The notes under the pieces are model-generated. The model worked only from the letters and a program-made list of their open reading frames with translations. It ran no database searches and had not been told where the DNA came from. From positions 8,868 to 55,513 of the forward strand of contig CAYUCV010000003.1 in NCBI GenBank assembly GCA_964443545.1: 46,646 nucleotides of DNA, given 5' to 3'. The translations under genes were made by a program, and so were the position numbers. Source of the stretch: an uncultured bacterium. Lineage in GTDB: Bacteria > Margulisbacteria > WOR-1 > JAKLHX01 > JBAZKV01. How positions within the stretch are numbered: position 1 is the first letter of the stretch; each line of letters begins with the position of its first letter. Shown piece by piece: positions 1 through 8,318 of the stretch.

Positions 1-732
1 CAGTCCTGCCTCAGCATAGAGAACGCCCTGATGTACAGGGCGCAGATAAACGAGATAGAGCGCTCTATTAAGGGAAGCCGGATGTCGGACCTGGGAGCGG
101 CGGCGGCAGGGGTGGCCCACGAGGCCAAGAACGCGCTTGTCAGCATCTACGCTGTGTCGCAGCTGCTATCCGAAAAAAAGGACGATGCCTCCTTTCTGGA
201 AAAGACCAAGGACCTGGTCTCTTCCGAAGTGGAGAGGATGAAGATACTCATGGAAGGCGTCATCAATTATTCCGAGCCGGCGCCGCTCAGTATCGAACGG
301 CAGGACCTAAAAGAAATGGTCGAGGCAACGGCCATTCTGGTGCGCGACATCGCAAAAGGAAAGAACATCTCTCTTGTGATAGGGCAGGAGTGCAGCCGCT
401 TTGTAAGTGCCGACAGGAACACGATGAAGCAGGTGTTCCTTAACCTTTTCCTAAATGCCATAGAAGCTATCGGAAAGGATGGTACGATCACAGTTTCCTG
501 TGCGGACGCCGATGGTTCAAAGGTAAGGATAATCTTTAAGGACACAGGGCCGGGGATACCGCCGGGCAAGATAAAGAAGATACTGGAGCCTTTTTATACC
601 ACCAAGGAACAAGGTACCGGGCTCGGGCTTGCCATTGTCAAGAAGGCGGTTGAGGCCAACGGCGGCTCGCTTTCTATAGAAAGCAAACCCGGAGAAGGCG
701 CCTCCTTTATTATCAGCCTGGAGCGGGGTTGA
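1..732 (+). CDS. Sensor histidine kinase, C-terminal part (GAF end, HisKA, HATPase); 5' end lies outside the window
   Basis: Frame is open from base 1 (QSCLSIENALMY, a GAF-terminal helix like NQAVVSIDNAVLY of the downstream kinase). H-box AHEAKNAL, N-box NLFLNAIEA, G1 DTGPGI, F-box PFYTTK, G2 GTGLGL. Confidence 0.93.
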   Translation, partial: QSCLSIENALMYRAQINEIERSIKGSRMSDLGAAAAGVAHEAKNALVSIYAVSQLLSEKKDDASFLEKTKDLVSSEVERMKILMEGVINYSEPAPLSIERQDLKEMVEATAILVRDIAKGKNISLVIGQECSRFVSADRNTMKQVFLNLFLNAIEAIGKDGTITVSCADADGSKVRIIFKDTGPGIPPGKIKKILEPFYTTKEQGTGLGLAIVKKAVEANGGSLSIESKPGEGASFIISLERG

Positions 733-766
733 GAAGATACCGTGTTGTAGAATAACCAGGATTTTA

Positions 767-795
767 TGGACAAAATCCCGGGCATATGATAAACT
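767..795 (+). promoter_or_regulatory. Sigma70-type promoter for the methyltransferase-kinase pair, overlapped by an inverted repeat (759-778)
   Basis: TGGACA-17 bp-TAAACT with extended -10 TG. GGATTTT-N6-AAAATCC straddles the -35 element. Confidence 0.55.
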
Positions 796-997
796 TTACT
801 CTAAAAATCGGCTGCTGAAGAAAACCGAAGAGTTTCACCTTAAATAGATCTGAACGATCTGAAAAGGTGTTATTTTACGATAAACAAGAGTAGGCTGTTA
901 AATTGTTTGAGAATAACTCCGAAAAAAGGTTTAAAGTTAACCTCGCCAAGTAGAACTGCGCAAAATCTTTCAGTTAATTTGATAGGAACCCGCTAAA

Positions 998-2044
998 ATG
1001 CCAATCGAAACAGCTGGAGTTAGCCAAGTTGACAAAAGTTTTGAAAGGGAAGTTAAATCATTTAAAGAGTATATTGAAAAGGTCAAGAGCGATCTAGACC
1101 TCTTTGATGAGAAAAACGGATCTCGTGAGGAGCGCATTAGCAATATTGAAAAGCTCAAGATCGGACTGTTCGAAGAGATCGGAAAGCATTTTAACAAAGT
1201 ATGGGAAAGAGTTAAGCAGCTGGACAAAAACTCTTACGCAAAATACAGAAAATATTTCCAGGATAGATTATTGCCTTTCTTTGGATATCCAGAGATCAAC
1301 CATCATATATATAGTAAGCCATTAGGATATGCAGGGGATTTTATTACGATGAATTATATATATGATTTTCATGACAAGCACCTCGGGAATTCTTCTTTTG
1401 AAATACTGATAAACATGTTAACTTGTAATATACCAATATCAAGATCAAACATTAAAAGGAGAGAGCACCTTAGACAAATAATCAAAGATGCTTATGTGAA
1501 ACATGGTGATGAAATAAAAATAGCAAGCATCGCAAGCGGATCAGCGAGAGAATTGCTGGGAATGCTTGAGAATAAGGAGCTCCCCAGGTCGATCGATTTT
1601 GTATGTTTTGATTTTGAGAGCAAAGCCCTTGAATATGTTAAAGAAAATGTGTCAAGGATATATGGCAGTGATAAGTCAGACAATATCAAGCTTATTAAAT
1701 CAAATATTGTTGACCTGGCCAGAAAACCGGAGATAAAGAATGTGCTTAATGGTAGGGATTTGATATATGCTTTTGGGATATACGATTATCTAAGCGATAT
1801 GCTTGCAAAAAGGATAACTAAAATCCTTTTTGAATGCCTAAATCCAGGGGGGCATCTTGTTGTTTGCAATGCTTCGGCTTCAAAAAGCGATCAAAGAGCT
1901 TACTATGAATTTTTGGGAGAATGGGAAATGATCTATAGAACCAATGAGGAATTAGTCAGGTTCTCAGATGGATTGGCGGCCAGAAGCATATCGTTAAAAG
2001 ATGATCCCGATGACTGCTACATCTATCTGACAATTTCCAAATAA
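998..2044 (+). CDS. Class I SAM-dependent methyltransferase, PhcB-like (3-hydroxy fatty acid methyl ester synthase family)
   Basis: Family-typical motifs KPLGYAGDFITMNYIY, IASIASGSAREL (motif I), CFDFESKALEY, DLIYAFGIYDYL, LNPGGHLVVCN, EFLGEWEMIYR. AGGA SD upstream. Confidence 0.8.
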   Translation: MPIETAGVSQVDKSFEREVKSFKEYIEKVKSDLDLFDEKNGSREERISNIEKLKIGLFEEIGKHFNKVWERVKQLDKNSYAKYRKYFQDRLLPFFGYPEINHHIYSKPLGYAGDFITMNYIYDFHDKHLGNSSFEILINMLTCNIPISRSNIKRREHLRQIIKDAYVKHGDEIKIASIASGSARELLGMLENKELPRSIDFVCFDFESKALEYVKENVSRIYGSDKSDNIKLIKSNIVDLARKPEIKNVLNGRDLIYAFGIYDYLSDMLAKRITKILFECLNPGGHLVVCNASASKSDQRAYYEFLGEWEMIYRTNEELVRFSDGLAARSISLKDDPDDCYIYLTISK

Positions 2045-4083
2045 TGATCAATCATTTTATACTTTCGGGACTGATCACTTCTGTCACAACTCTATTCTTG
2101 GCTTTGTTCGTATTTCTTGCTAACCCCAACAAGAGACTCAACCGTTATTTTGCCTTCTATACACTTTGCATTTCCTTATGGAGCATATCAGTTTATATGC
2201 ATCAGCCGACCTTGGCCGGTATTTCTGCGGATATGTGGGGGAAGATCCTTCATGTCGGGTCGATCCTCATTCCTCTCGGCTTTCTGATATTTACATTTGA
2301 GCTTCTTGGCTCTCTCAACAGAGAGAAAATAGTTATATATTCGGCTGGTGTGGCATCGGCAGTATTCATTTATTTAACAATGTTCACCGATCTGTTGATA
2401 AACGGGACTACATATAGGGACTTATACTGCTACCCAACTCCAAGCAAGTATTACATTCTATTCTTTATATATTTTGTATCTTGTGTCATATACGGTCTTT
2501 TCAAATTGGTCAGGAGTTATCAAATATCGGACAATATCAAGAGGAACCAACTGCAGTATTTGATATTTGGCTCAGTTTTTGGTTATCTCGGAGGCTTAGA
2601 CAATTTTTTGATCACGATTGACATAATAGTCTTCCCATTCTATCCCTATGGCGCATATGCAATAGCGATTTATTCTCTTATAACAGCCTACGCGATAGTG
2701 ACTGCCCGCCTCATGGATATCGAGGTAATAATACGGAAGGGGTTGATATATTCGATACTTTCGGTGATATTGACCGCCGTGTATTTTTCGGTGGTGTACG
2801 CCGCAAAGCTGGTGTTTTACAGGCTCACGGGAGCAAATACTCTGTGGTTCATCGTTCCGGCGGTCTTCTTTTTGTCGCTGTTCATCCATCCGCTGTTCTC
2901 CTTTGTCCAGGACTTTGTTGACAAGCGCTTCTTTAAGACCAAGTACGAGGCCGACAAAATAGCCAAAAAGTTCTCGGAGGGCATAAAAAAACTAATGAGG
3001 GCAAAGGACCTGGCCGAGTACATAAACAGGGTGGCGCTGCGCACCTTTAAGCTCAAGGGTAGCGCGGTTTATATTTTTGATGAAGAAGATGGGCTCTACA
3101 AGCGCTGGGACTCAAGGGGTTCTCTGCAGCAGCTATGCCCGCCGGTCATATCTAAAGATGATCCTGTTGTCCTAAAGATGGTATCGGCCAGGGGTATCGT
3201 GCAGGACCTAAAGGCCGAGCACATAAAGATCTGCGTTCCGGCGCTTTCAAAAAGAAAGGGGTACAGCATTTCCGGTTTCCTTCTTGCCGACGAAAAAAAA
3301 TCCGAGGACCAGTTCAGCCAGCAGGACATCATGCTGCTGGAAACGATAGCCAACCAGGCCGTTGTCAGTATAGACAATGCCGTCCTATATTCTGCCAGGA
3401 TAGACGCCCGCAAAAAAGCGCTGCTTGTGGAAAGGCTCAATGAACTCGGGTCCTCCGCCGCCGCGGTGGCCCACCAGACAAGAGCGGCAATGGGGCCGGT
3501 GATAGATTTTGCAGCGCAGCTGCAGCAGCAGTACGCCGACCGCGACTTTGTGGGAAGAGCTCTGTCCAAATTCCCCTTTGATGTGGAAAGATTGCGCCTT
3601 ATTTTGACAGGGATACTGGAATACTCTAGGGAGCTAAAGCTCGGCAGGGTGGAGGAGCTTGACCTTAAAGAAATGGTTTTAGGAGTAGCGTCCCTTATAA
3701 ACGGCAGGGCGCAAGAAAAGGGGATAACCGTTGAGACGGATATCTCTGACGGGGCTTTGGTAAAGGCAGAAAAAGGCCGCTTCAGGGATGTCCTTATCTA
3801 TCTTGCCATCAACTGCCTGGAGGCCCTCCAATACGGAGGCAGCATCAGGATCTCTGCCGAAAAGCGCGGCGATAAAATGCGCATCTACTTTAGCGATAAC
3901 GGTCCGGGAGTTTTGCCGGATGTTCTTATTAAGGTCTTTAACCCGTTCTTTACCACAAAACCGGGCTCCATAGGCCTGGGGCTTTCGATAGTAAAAAAGA
4001 TAATCGAAGGACACGGCGGGAGCGTCTTTATGGAAAGCGAGCCGGGGAAGGGGACAACTGTAATTCTGGAGCTGCCGTCCTAA
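2044..4083 (+). CDS. Membrane histidine kinase: N-terminal 7TM (HisKA_7TM-like) sensor, extra TM helices, GAF, HisKA/HATPase with degenerate H-box
   Basis: About 9 hydrophobic segments, YAIVTARLMDI end-of-7TM motif, GAF-like GFLLADEKKSEDQFSQQDIMLLETIANQA, AHQTRAA, DNGPG, PFFTTK, GLGL. TAATG overlap with the methyltransferase stop. Confidence 0.9.
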   Translation: MINHFILSGLITSVTTLFLALFVFLANPNKRLNRYFAFYTLCISLWSISVYMHQPTLAGISADMWGKILHVGSILIPLGFLIFTFELLGSLNREKIVIYSAGVASAVFIYLTMFTDLLINGTTYRDLYCYPTPSKYYILFFIYFVSCVIYGLFKLVRSYQISDNIKRNQLQYLIFGSVFGYLGGLDNFLITIDIIVFPFYPYGAYAIAIYSLITAYAIVTARLMDIEVIIRKGLIYSILSVILTAVYFSVVYAAKLVFYRLTGANTLWFIVPAVFFLSLFIHPLFSFVQDFVDKRFFKTKYEADKIAKKFSEGIKKLMRAKDLAEYINRVALRTFKLKGSAVYIFDEEDGLYKRWDSRGSLQQLCPPVISKDDPVVLKMVSARGIVQDLKAEHIKICVPALSKRKGYSISGFLLADEKKSEDQFSQQDIMLLETIANQAVVSIDNAVLYSARIDARKKALLVERLNELGSSAAAVAHQTRAAMGPVIDFAAQLQQQYADRDFVGRALSKFPFDVERLRLILTGILEYSRELKLGRVEELDLKEMVLGVASLINGRAQEKGITVETDISDGALVKAEKGRFRDVLIYLAINCLEALQYGGSIRISAEKRGDKMRIYFSDNGPGVLPDVLIKVFNPFFTTKPGSIGLGLSIVKKIIEGHGGSVFMESEPGKGTTVILELPS

Positions 4084-5324
4084 TCCTTATACTTTCTTGC
4101 TATCAGTATCGCGTTGTGCCCGCCAAAGCCGAATGAATTGCTCATGGCGATCTCCACTTTCATCTGCCTTCCCTTGTTGGGCACATAATCAAGGTCGCAG
4201 TTGGGGTCGGGGTTTTCATAATTGATGGTGGGGTGCACAAAATCCTCCTGCAGGGACTTTGCTACCGCGGCAAACTCTACCGCGCCCGCGGCTCCCAATA
4301 GATGCCCGGTCATGGACTTTGTAGAGCTGATGGCAAGCTTGTTTGCATGCGCTCCGAACACTTTTTTGATGGCCATTGTCTCTAGCTTGTCGTTAAGTTC
4401 TGTCGAGGTCCCGTGGGCGTTTATATAGTCCACCTGCTCCGGTTTTATTCCCGCGCTTTTGATAGCCGCTTCCATACACCGCACGGCCCCGCCGCCTTGT
4501 GAATCGGGTGCGGTCATGTGGAAAGCGTCGCCACTCATCCCATAGCCTATCACTTCGCAGTAAATGCGGGCCCCGCGCTTTTTGGCGCTTTCAAGCTCTT
4601 CGAGCACAACAATGCCGCTGCCTTCGCCCATAACAAATCCGTCGCGGCCGGCGTCAAACGGCCTTGAGGCCTTTTCCGGAGCGTCGTTCCTGCACGAAAG
4701 GGCCTGAGCGGAGCAGAAACCGGCTATTCCAAGCGGAGTGATCGAGGCTTCGGAGCCCCCCGCAAACATGACGTTGGCAGCTCCTCTTTTGATGAGCTCG
4801 TAAGCATCGCCGATCGAATGCGTTCCCGAAGCGCAGGCGGTAGTTGTGCAGCTGTTGGGGCCTTTGGCGCCAAGGTGTATGGAGGTGACCCCGGCGGCCA
4901 TGTCGTTTATCATAAGAGGGACCATAAAGGGAGAGCACTTGGACGGCCCTTTTTCCTTTAGCGTATAGGCCTGCTGTTCCAAAAATTCTATGCCTCCGAT
5001 ACCGGAGCCTATCAGAACGCCTGTAAGAGGCGCGGTTTGTTCGTTTATTGCCAGTCCGCTGTCGTCCAGGGCCATTTTTGAAGCAGCCACGGCAAACTGG
5101 ATGAACTTTACCAGCCTGCGCGCTTCCTTCTTGTCAAAATACTTGAGCGGGTCAAAGTCTTTTACCTGTCCGGCAATCTGGGAGTCAAATCCGGAGGGGT
5201 CAAAATGGGTGATGCGGCTTATCCCGCTTTTTCCTTCTTTAAGAGCGCTCCAAAAAGAATCCGCGTCGTTACCCAGAGGGGTTACAGCGCCCAGTCCCGT
5301 CACCACCACCCTACGCTCCGGCAT
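4080..5324 (-). CDS. fabF: 3-oxoacyl-ACP synthase II
   Basis: RRVVVTGLG, TTACASG (catalytic Cys), INAHGTST, TGHLLGAAG, SNSFGFGGHN. Confidence 0.97.
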   Translation of the reverse strand: MPERRVVVTGLGAVTPLGNDADSFWSALKEGKSGISRITHFDPSGFDSQIAGQVKDFDPLKYFDKKEARRLVKFIQFAVAASKMALDDSGLAINEQTAPLTGVLIGSGIGGIEFLEQQAYTLKEKGPSKCSPFMVPLMINDMAAGVTSIHLGAKGPNSCTTTACASGTHSIGDAYELIKRGAANVMFAGGSEASITPLGIAGFCSAQALSCRNDAPEKASRPFDAGRDGFVMGEGSGIVVLEELESAKKRGARIYCEVIGYGMSGDAFHMTAPDSQGGGAVRCMEAAIKSAGIKPEQVDYINAHGTSTELNDKLETMAIKKVFGAHANKLAISSTKSMTGHLLGAAGAVEFAAVAKSLQEDFVHPTINYENPDPNCDLDYVPNKGRQMKVEIAMSNSFGFGGHNAILIARKYKD

Positions 5325-6324
5325 AGTTTTCCTCCAGTTTAGAGTTTTTGCACAGGCCGGACAGGCAGTCCTCGGCCTCTTTTACCAGGTCGGCTATTAT
5401 TTCTTTTGCCGGCCTGATCCTTTTATCCTTTATCTTTAGTATGCTCTGTCCGCAAAACACCAGGCCTTCTTCCATATTGCCCTTGTGGGCGGCCCTAAGC
5501 ACTTCAAAAATACAATAAAGTTTGGAACAGGACTTGAGGCAGTTGTCGCAGAACTTGATCCTGGGATAGATCCCTTTCTGCATGTTCTCTATCAGTTTGG
5601 TCCTAACAGCCCTTCCGGGAAGCCCCACAGGGCTTTTTATTATGACCACATCCTCCGGGCCTTTTACATTCTGATACGCCCGCTTATATTCTAGAGCGGC
5701 ATCGCACTCCTCGGCCAGCACAAAGTTAGTGGCAAGCTGGGCCCCGCTGGCCCCCAGTTTGATCATTTTGGCTATCCCGCAGCCGTCGGCTATTCCTCCC
5801 GCGGCTATTATCGGCACATCAGCAACTGCCTCTTTGACCTCTTTTAAAAGGTCCACAGTGCTCTTTTCAAGAGTCCCCAGATGTCCGCCGGCTTCGCTGC
5901 TTTCGGCCACAATGGCCGCGGCCCCGAGCTTTTTTGCTGTCAGCGCCAGCCTGCCCGAAGATACTATAGGGATAATTGGAATGTTCATCTGGCTGCTGAG
6001 CCTGAAGAGGTCCCTGGAAAATCCGGCTCCGGAGGTTATAAAATCGATCTTTTCTTTGATGGCAGTGTTGACTATGCCCAGAAAATCCTTGGCGGCAAAG
6101 AGGATGTTGATGCCGATAATCCCGTCCTTTGTCAGGCTCCGGGCTATCCGCATTTCCTTTGCCAGTTCGTCGTGCTCCATGCCCGAGGCGCCTATCACGC
6201 CGACGGCGCCCGTTGCAGCCACGGAGCCGGCCAGTTTTCCGGTAGAGATCCTGATGGACATCCCGCCCTGAACGATCGGGAGCTTGGCCACCAGTTTTCC
6301 GATCTTTAACTCGGGCAGTTTCAT
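5311..6324 (-). CDS. Nitronate-monooxygenase-family flavoprotein with C-terminal Cys cluster; FabX-like (or FabK-like)
   Basis: LKIG..PIVQGGM..IS, AGGHLG, IAAGGI, IKSPVGLPGRA, CDNCLKSC..YCI, GNMEEGLVFCG; sits between acpP and fabF. Confidence 0.8.
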   Translation of the reverse strand: MKLPELKIGKLVAKLPIVQGGMSIRISTGKLAGSVAATGAVGVIGASGMEHDELAKEMRIARSLTKDGIIGINILFAAKDFLGIVNTAIKEKIDFITSGAGFSRDLFRLSSQMNIPIIPIVSSGRLALTAKKLGAAAIVAESSEAGGHLGTLEKSTVDLLKEVKEAVADVPIIAAGGIADGCGIAKMIKLGASGAQLATNFVLAEECDAALEYKRAYQNVKGPEDVVIIKSPVGLPGRAVRTKLIENMQKGIYPRIKFCDNCLKSCSKLYCIFEVLRAAHKGNMEEGLVFCGQSILKIKDKRIRPAKEIIADLVKEAEDCLSGLCKNSKLEENYAGA

Positions 6325-6343
6325 GGGCTGTCAACTTCCTGCA

Positions 6344-6370
6344 CAACCCCGCACACGCATGCGGGGGTTG
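6344..6370. repeat. GC-rich stem-loop between acpP and the flavoprotein gene
   Basis: CAACCCCGCA-CACGCA-TGCGGGGGTTG (one bulged G). Confidence 0.5.
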
Positions 6371-6381
6371 GCATGTTATTT

Positions 6382-6400
6382 AAAAAAAGCCTTGCGGCCC
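6382..6400 (-). terminator. Short intrinsic terminator/attenuator right after acpP
   Basis: Minus strand reads GGGCC-GCAA-GGCTT (GNRA tetraloop) running into a T7 tract directly after the acpP stop. Confidence 0.55.
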
Positions 6401-6401
6401 G

Positions 6402-6647
6402 TCAGTTCTTTGCGTGGGCAAGAACGTATGCTACTGTGTCTCCCACGGTCTTTATCTTTTCGGCTTCTTCGTCCGGTATCTCAAAGCCAAAGGCTTCTTC
6501 AAGCGCCATGACCAGCTCCACGGTGTCCAGAGAGTCGGCTCCCAGGTCGTCCACATAGGAAGCCTGCTTTGTGACCTCGCTCTCGTTGACCCCGAGCTGA
6601 TCCACCACCACCTTTTTTACCTGCTCGAACGCTTTCTGCTCGTCCAT
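6402..6647 (-). CDS. acpP: Acyl carrier protein
   Basis: [19 protein letters not shown] phosphopantetheine motif. Start moved to ATG 6647 (MDEQK) behind a GGGGGTG SD. Confidence 0.97.
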   Translation of the reverse strand: MDEQKAFEQVKKVVVDQLGVNESEVTKQASYVDDLGADSLDTVELVMALEEAFGFEIPDEEAEKIKTVGDTVAYVLAHAKN

Positions 6648-6672
6648 TATCAAATTCACCCCCTTCTATATG

Positions 6673-7410
6673 CTACATGTACATTCCGCCGTTGACGCTT
6701 ATGACCTGACCCGTTATGTACGGGGCGTCAGCGCATAAGAACACGACGGCTTTGGCAACATCTTCGGCAGATCCCAGGCTTCCCATGGGTATCTGGGCCT
6801 TAAGTTTTTCCCTGACCTCTTCGGGCAGTTTTTTTGTCATGTCGGTGTCGATAAACCCCGGGGCAACGGCGTTGGCGGTTATGCCTCTTGAGGCCAGTTC
6901 TCTTGCGGTGGTCTTTGTAAGAGCTATTACCCCGCCCTTGGAAGCAGAATAGTTGGCCTGTCCGGCGTTGCCCATCAGCCCCACAATAGAAGCGATGTTG
7001 ACTATCCTGCCGTAGCGGGCTTTCATCATAAGGGAAGAAACGGCTTTTGTGCAGTTAAAGACGCCTTTGAGGTTAATGCCTATCACCAGGTCCCAGTCCT
7101 CTTCTTTCATCCTCATAAGAAGACCGTCCCTTGTTATGCCGGCATTGTTTATCAGTATGTCTATCTTGCCGAACTCGGAGTGGGCGCTTTTTACGGCCTC
7201 TTCCACTTCTTTGCCGTCTGCCACATTCATCTTGAGGGCAGAAGACTTTACCCCGGATTTTTTCAGTTCTTCGGAAGTAGAACGGGCGGCCTCTATATTG
7301 ACATCGGATACTATAATATCGCAGCCTTCTTTTGCCAGAGCTTCGCAGACGGACCTGCCGATGCCCTGGGCGCCTCCGGTAACAAGCGCAACTTGGCCTT
7401 TAAGTTTCAA
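6673..7410 (-). CDS. fabG: 3-oxoacyl-ACP reductase
   Basis: TGGAQGIG, NNAGITRD, YSASK, NAVAPGFIDTDMT; fab context. Confidence 0.96.
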   Translation of the reverse strand: MKLKGQVALVTGGAQGIGRSVCEALAKEGCDIIVSDVNIEAARSTSEELKKSGVKSSALKMNVADGKEVEEAVKSAHSEFGKIDILINNAGITRDGLLMRMKEEDWDLVIGINLKGVFNCTKAVSSLMMKARYGRIVNIASIVGLMGNAGQANYSASKGGVIALTKTTARELASRGITANAVAPGFIDTDMTKKLPEEVREKLKAQIPMGSLGSAEDVAKAVVFLCADAPYITGQVISVNGGMYM

Positions 7411-8318
7411 AGAACGGCTCCTTTTACAGAAACGCTGTCCTCAACATTGTATATTTTAGCATTTTCCAGGGTCTTTTTAACAAGCCCCGACAGTATCTTG
7501 CCGCAGCCTATCTCCACAAAGGTGGCAAAACCCTGCAGGGATAGGTTTTTTAGGGTGTCTTCCCAGAGCACAGGGCTGGTCACCTGCTTTACAAGCAGTT
7601 CTTTGATCTTTGCCGCGTCGGTCTGGGGGGAGGCGGTCACATTAGAATATACCGGGAACGAAGGGCTCTTAAAACCGGTCTTGTCCAGCTCGACAGCCAG
7701 TTTGTCCGCCGCCGGCTTCATAAGCGAGCAGTGGAAAGGGGCGCTTACAGCAAGGGGGATTATTTTTTTTGCGCCGGCCTCTTTGCAGAGCCGTCCGGCC
7801 TCTTCAACCCCTTCTTTTGTACCCGAGATCACTATCTGTCCCGGGCTGTTAAAATTGGCCGGCTCCACAACGCCTTTTGAAGAAGCCGCAGCGCAGCAGG
7901 CTGCCAGTTTTTCCCTGTCCAATCCCAGCACCGCGGACATGGCCCCTTGCCCTGCCGGCACCGCCTCCTGCATGAACCTGCCGCGCAGATGAACTATCCT
8001 AACGGCATCCTCAAAAGACAGCGCGCCCGAGGCCACCAGCGCCGAATACTCGCCCAGGCTGTGGCCGGCGGCCGCCTTTGGGGTTTTTCCAAGGGACATA
8101 AAAGCGGCGGTGCTTACGGTCAGTATCGCGGGCTGGGCTATTTCTGTGGATTTTAAGGCATCGTCGGGACCTTCAAAGCAGAGTTTGGATAGTTCAAATC
8201 CAAGGGCCCTGTCGGCTTTGGCAAAGATCTCTTTTGCCGCCTCAAAATTGTCATAGAGGTCTTTGCCCATGCCGGCTTTTTGGGAGCCCTGTCCGGGAAA
8301 AATGAACACGCTTGTCAA
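7407..8318 (-). CDS. fabD: Malonyl-CoA:ACP transacylase
   Basis: FPGQGSQ, GHSLGEY, LAVSAPFH. Confidence 0.97.
   Translation of the reverse strand: MTSVFIFPGQGSQKAGMGKDLYDNFEAAKEIFAKADRALGFELSKLCFEGPDDALKSTEIAQPAILTVSTAAFMSLGKTPKAAAGHSLGEYSALVASGALSFEDAVRIVHLRGRFMQEAVPAGQGAMSAVLGLDREKLAACCAAASSKGVVEPANFNSPGQIVISGTKEGVEEAGRLCKEAGAKKIIPLAVSAPFHCSLMKPAADKLAVELDKTGFKSPSFPVYSNVTASPQTDAAKIKELLVKQVTSPVLWEDTLKNLSLQGFATFVEIGCGKILSGLVKKTLENAKIYNVEDSVSVKGAVL

Noticed and set aside
3293-3300. A8/T8 runs in coding regions as contingency loci
   Set aside because: Lys/Glu codon runs of this kind are frequent throughout the window, including in essential genes.
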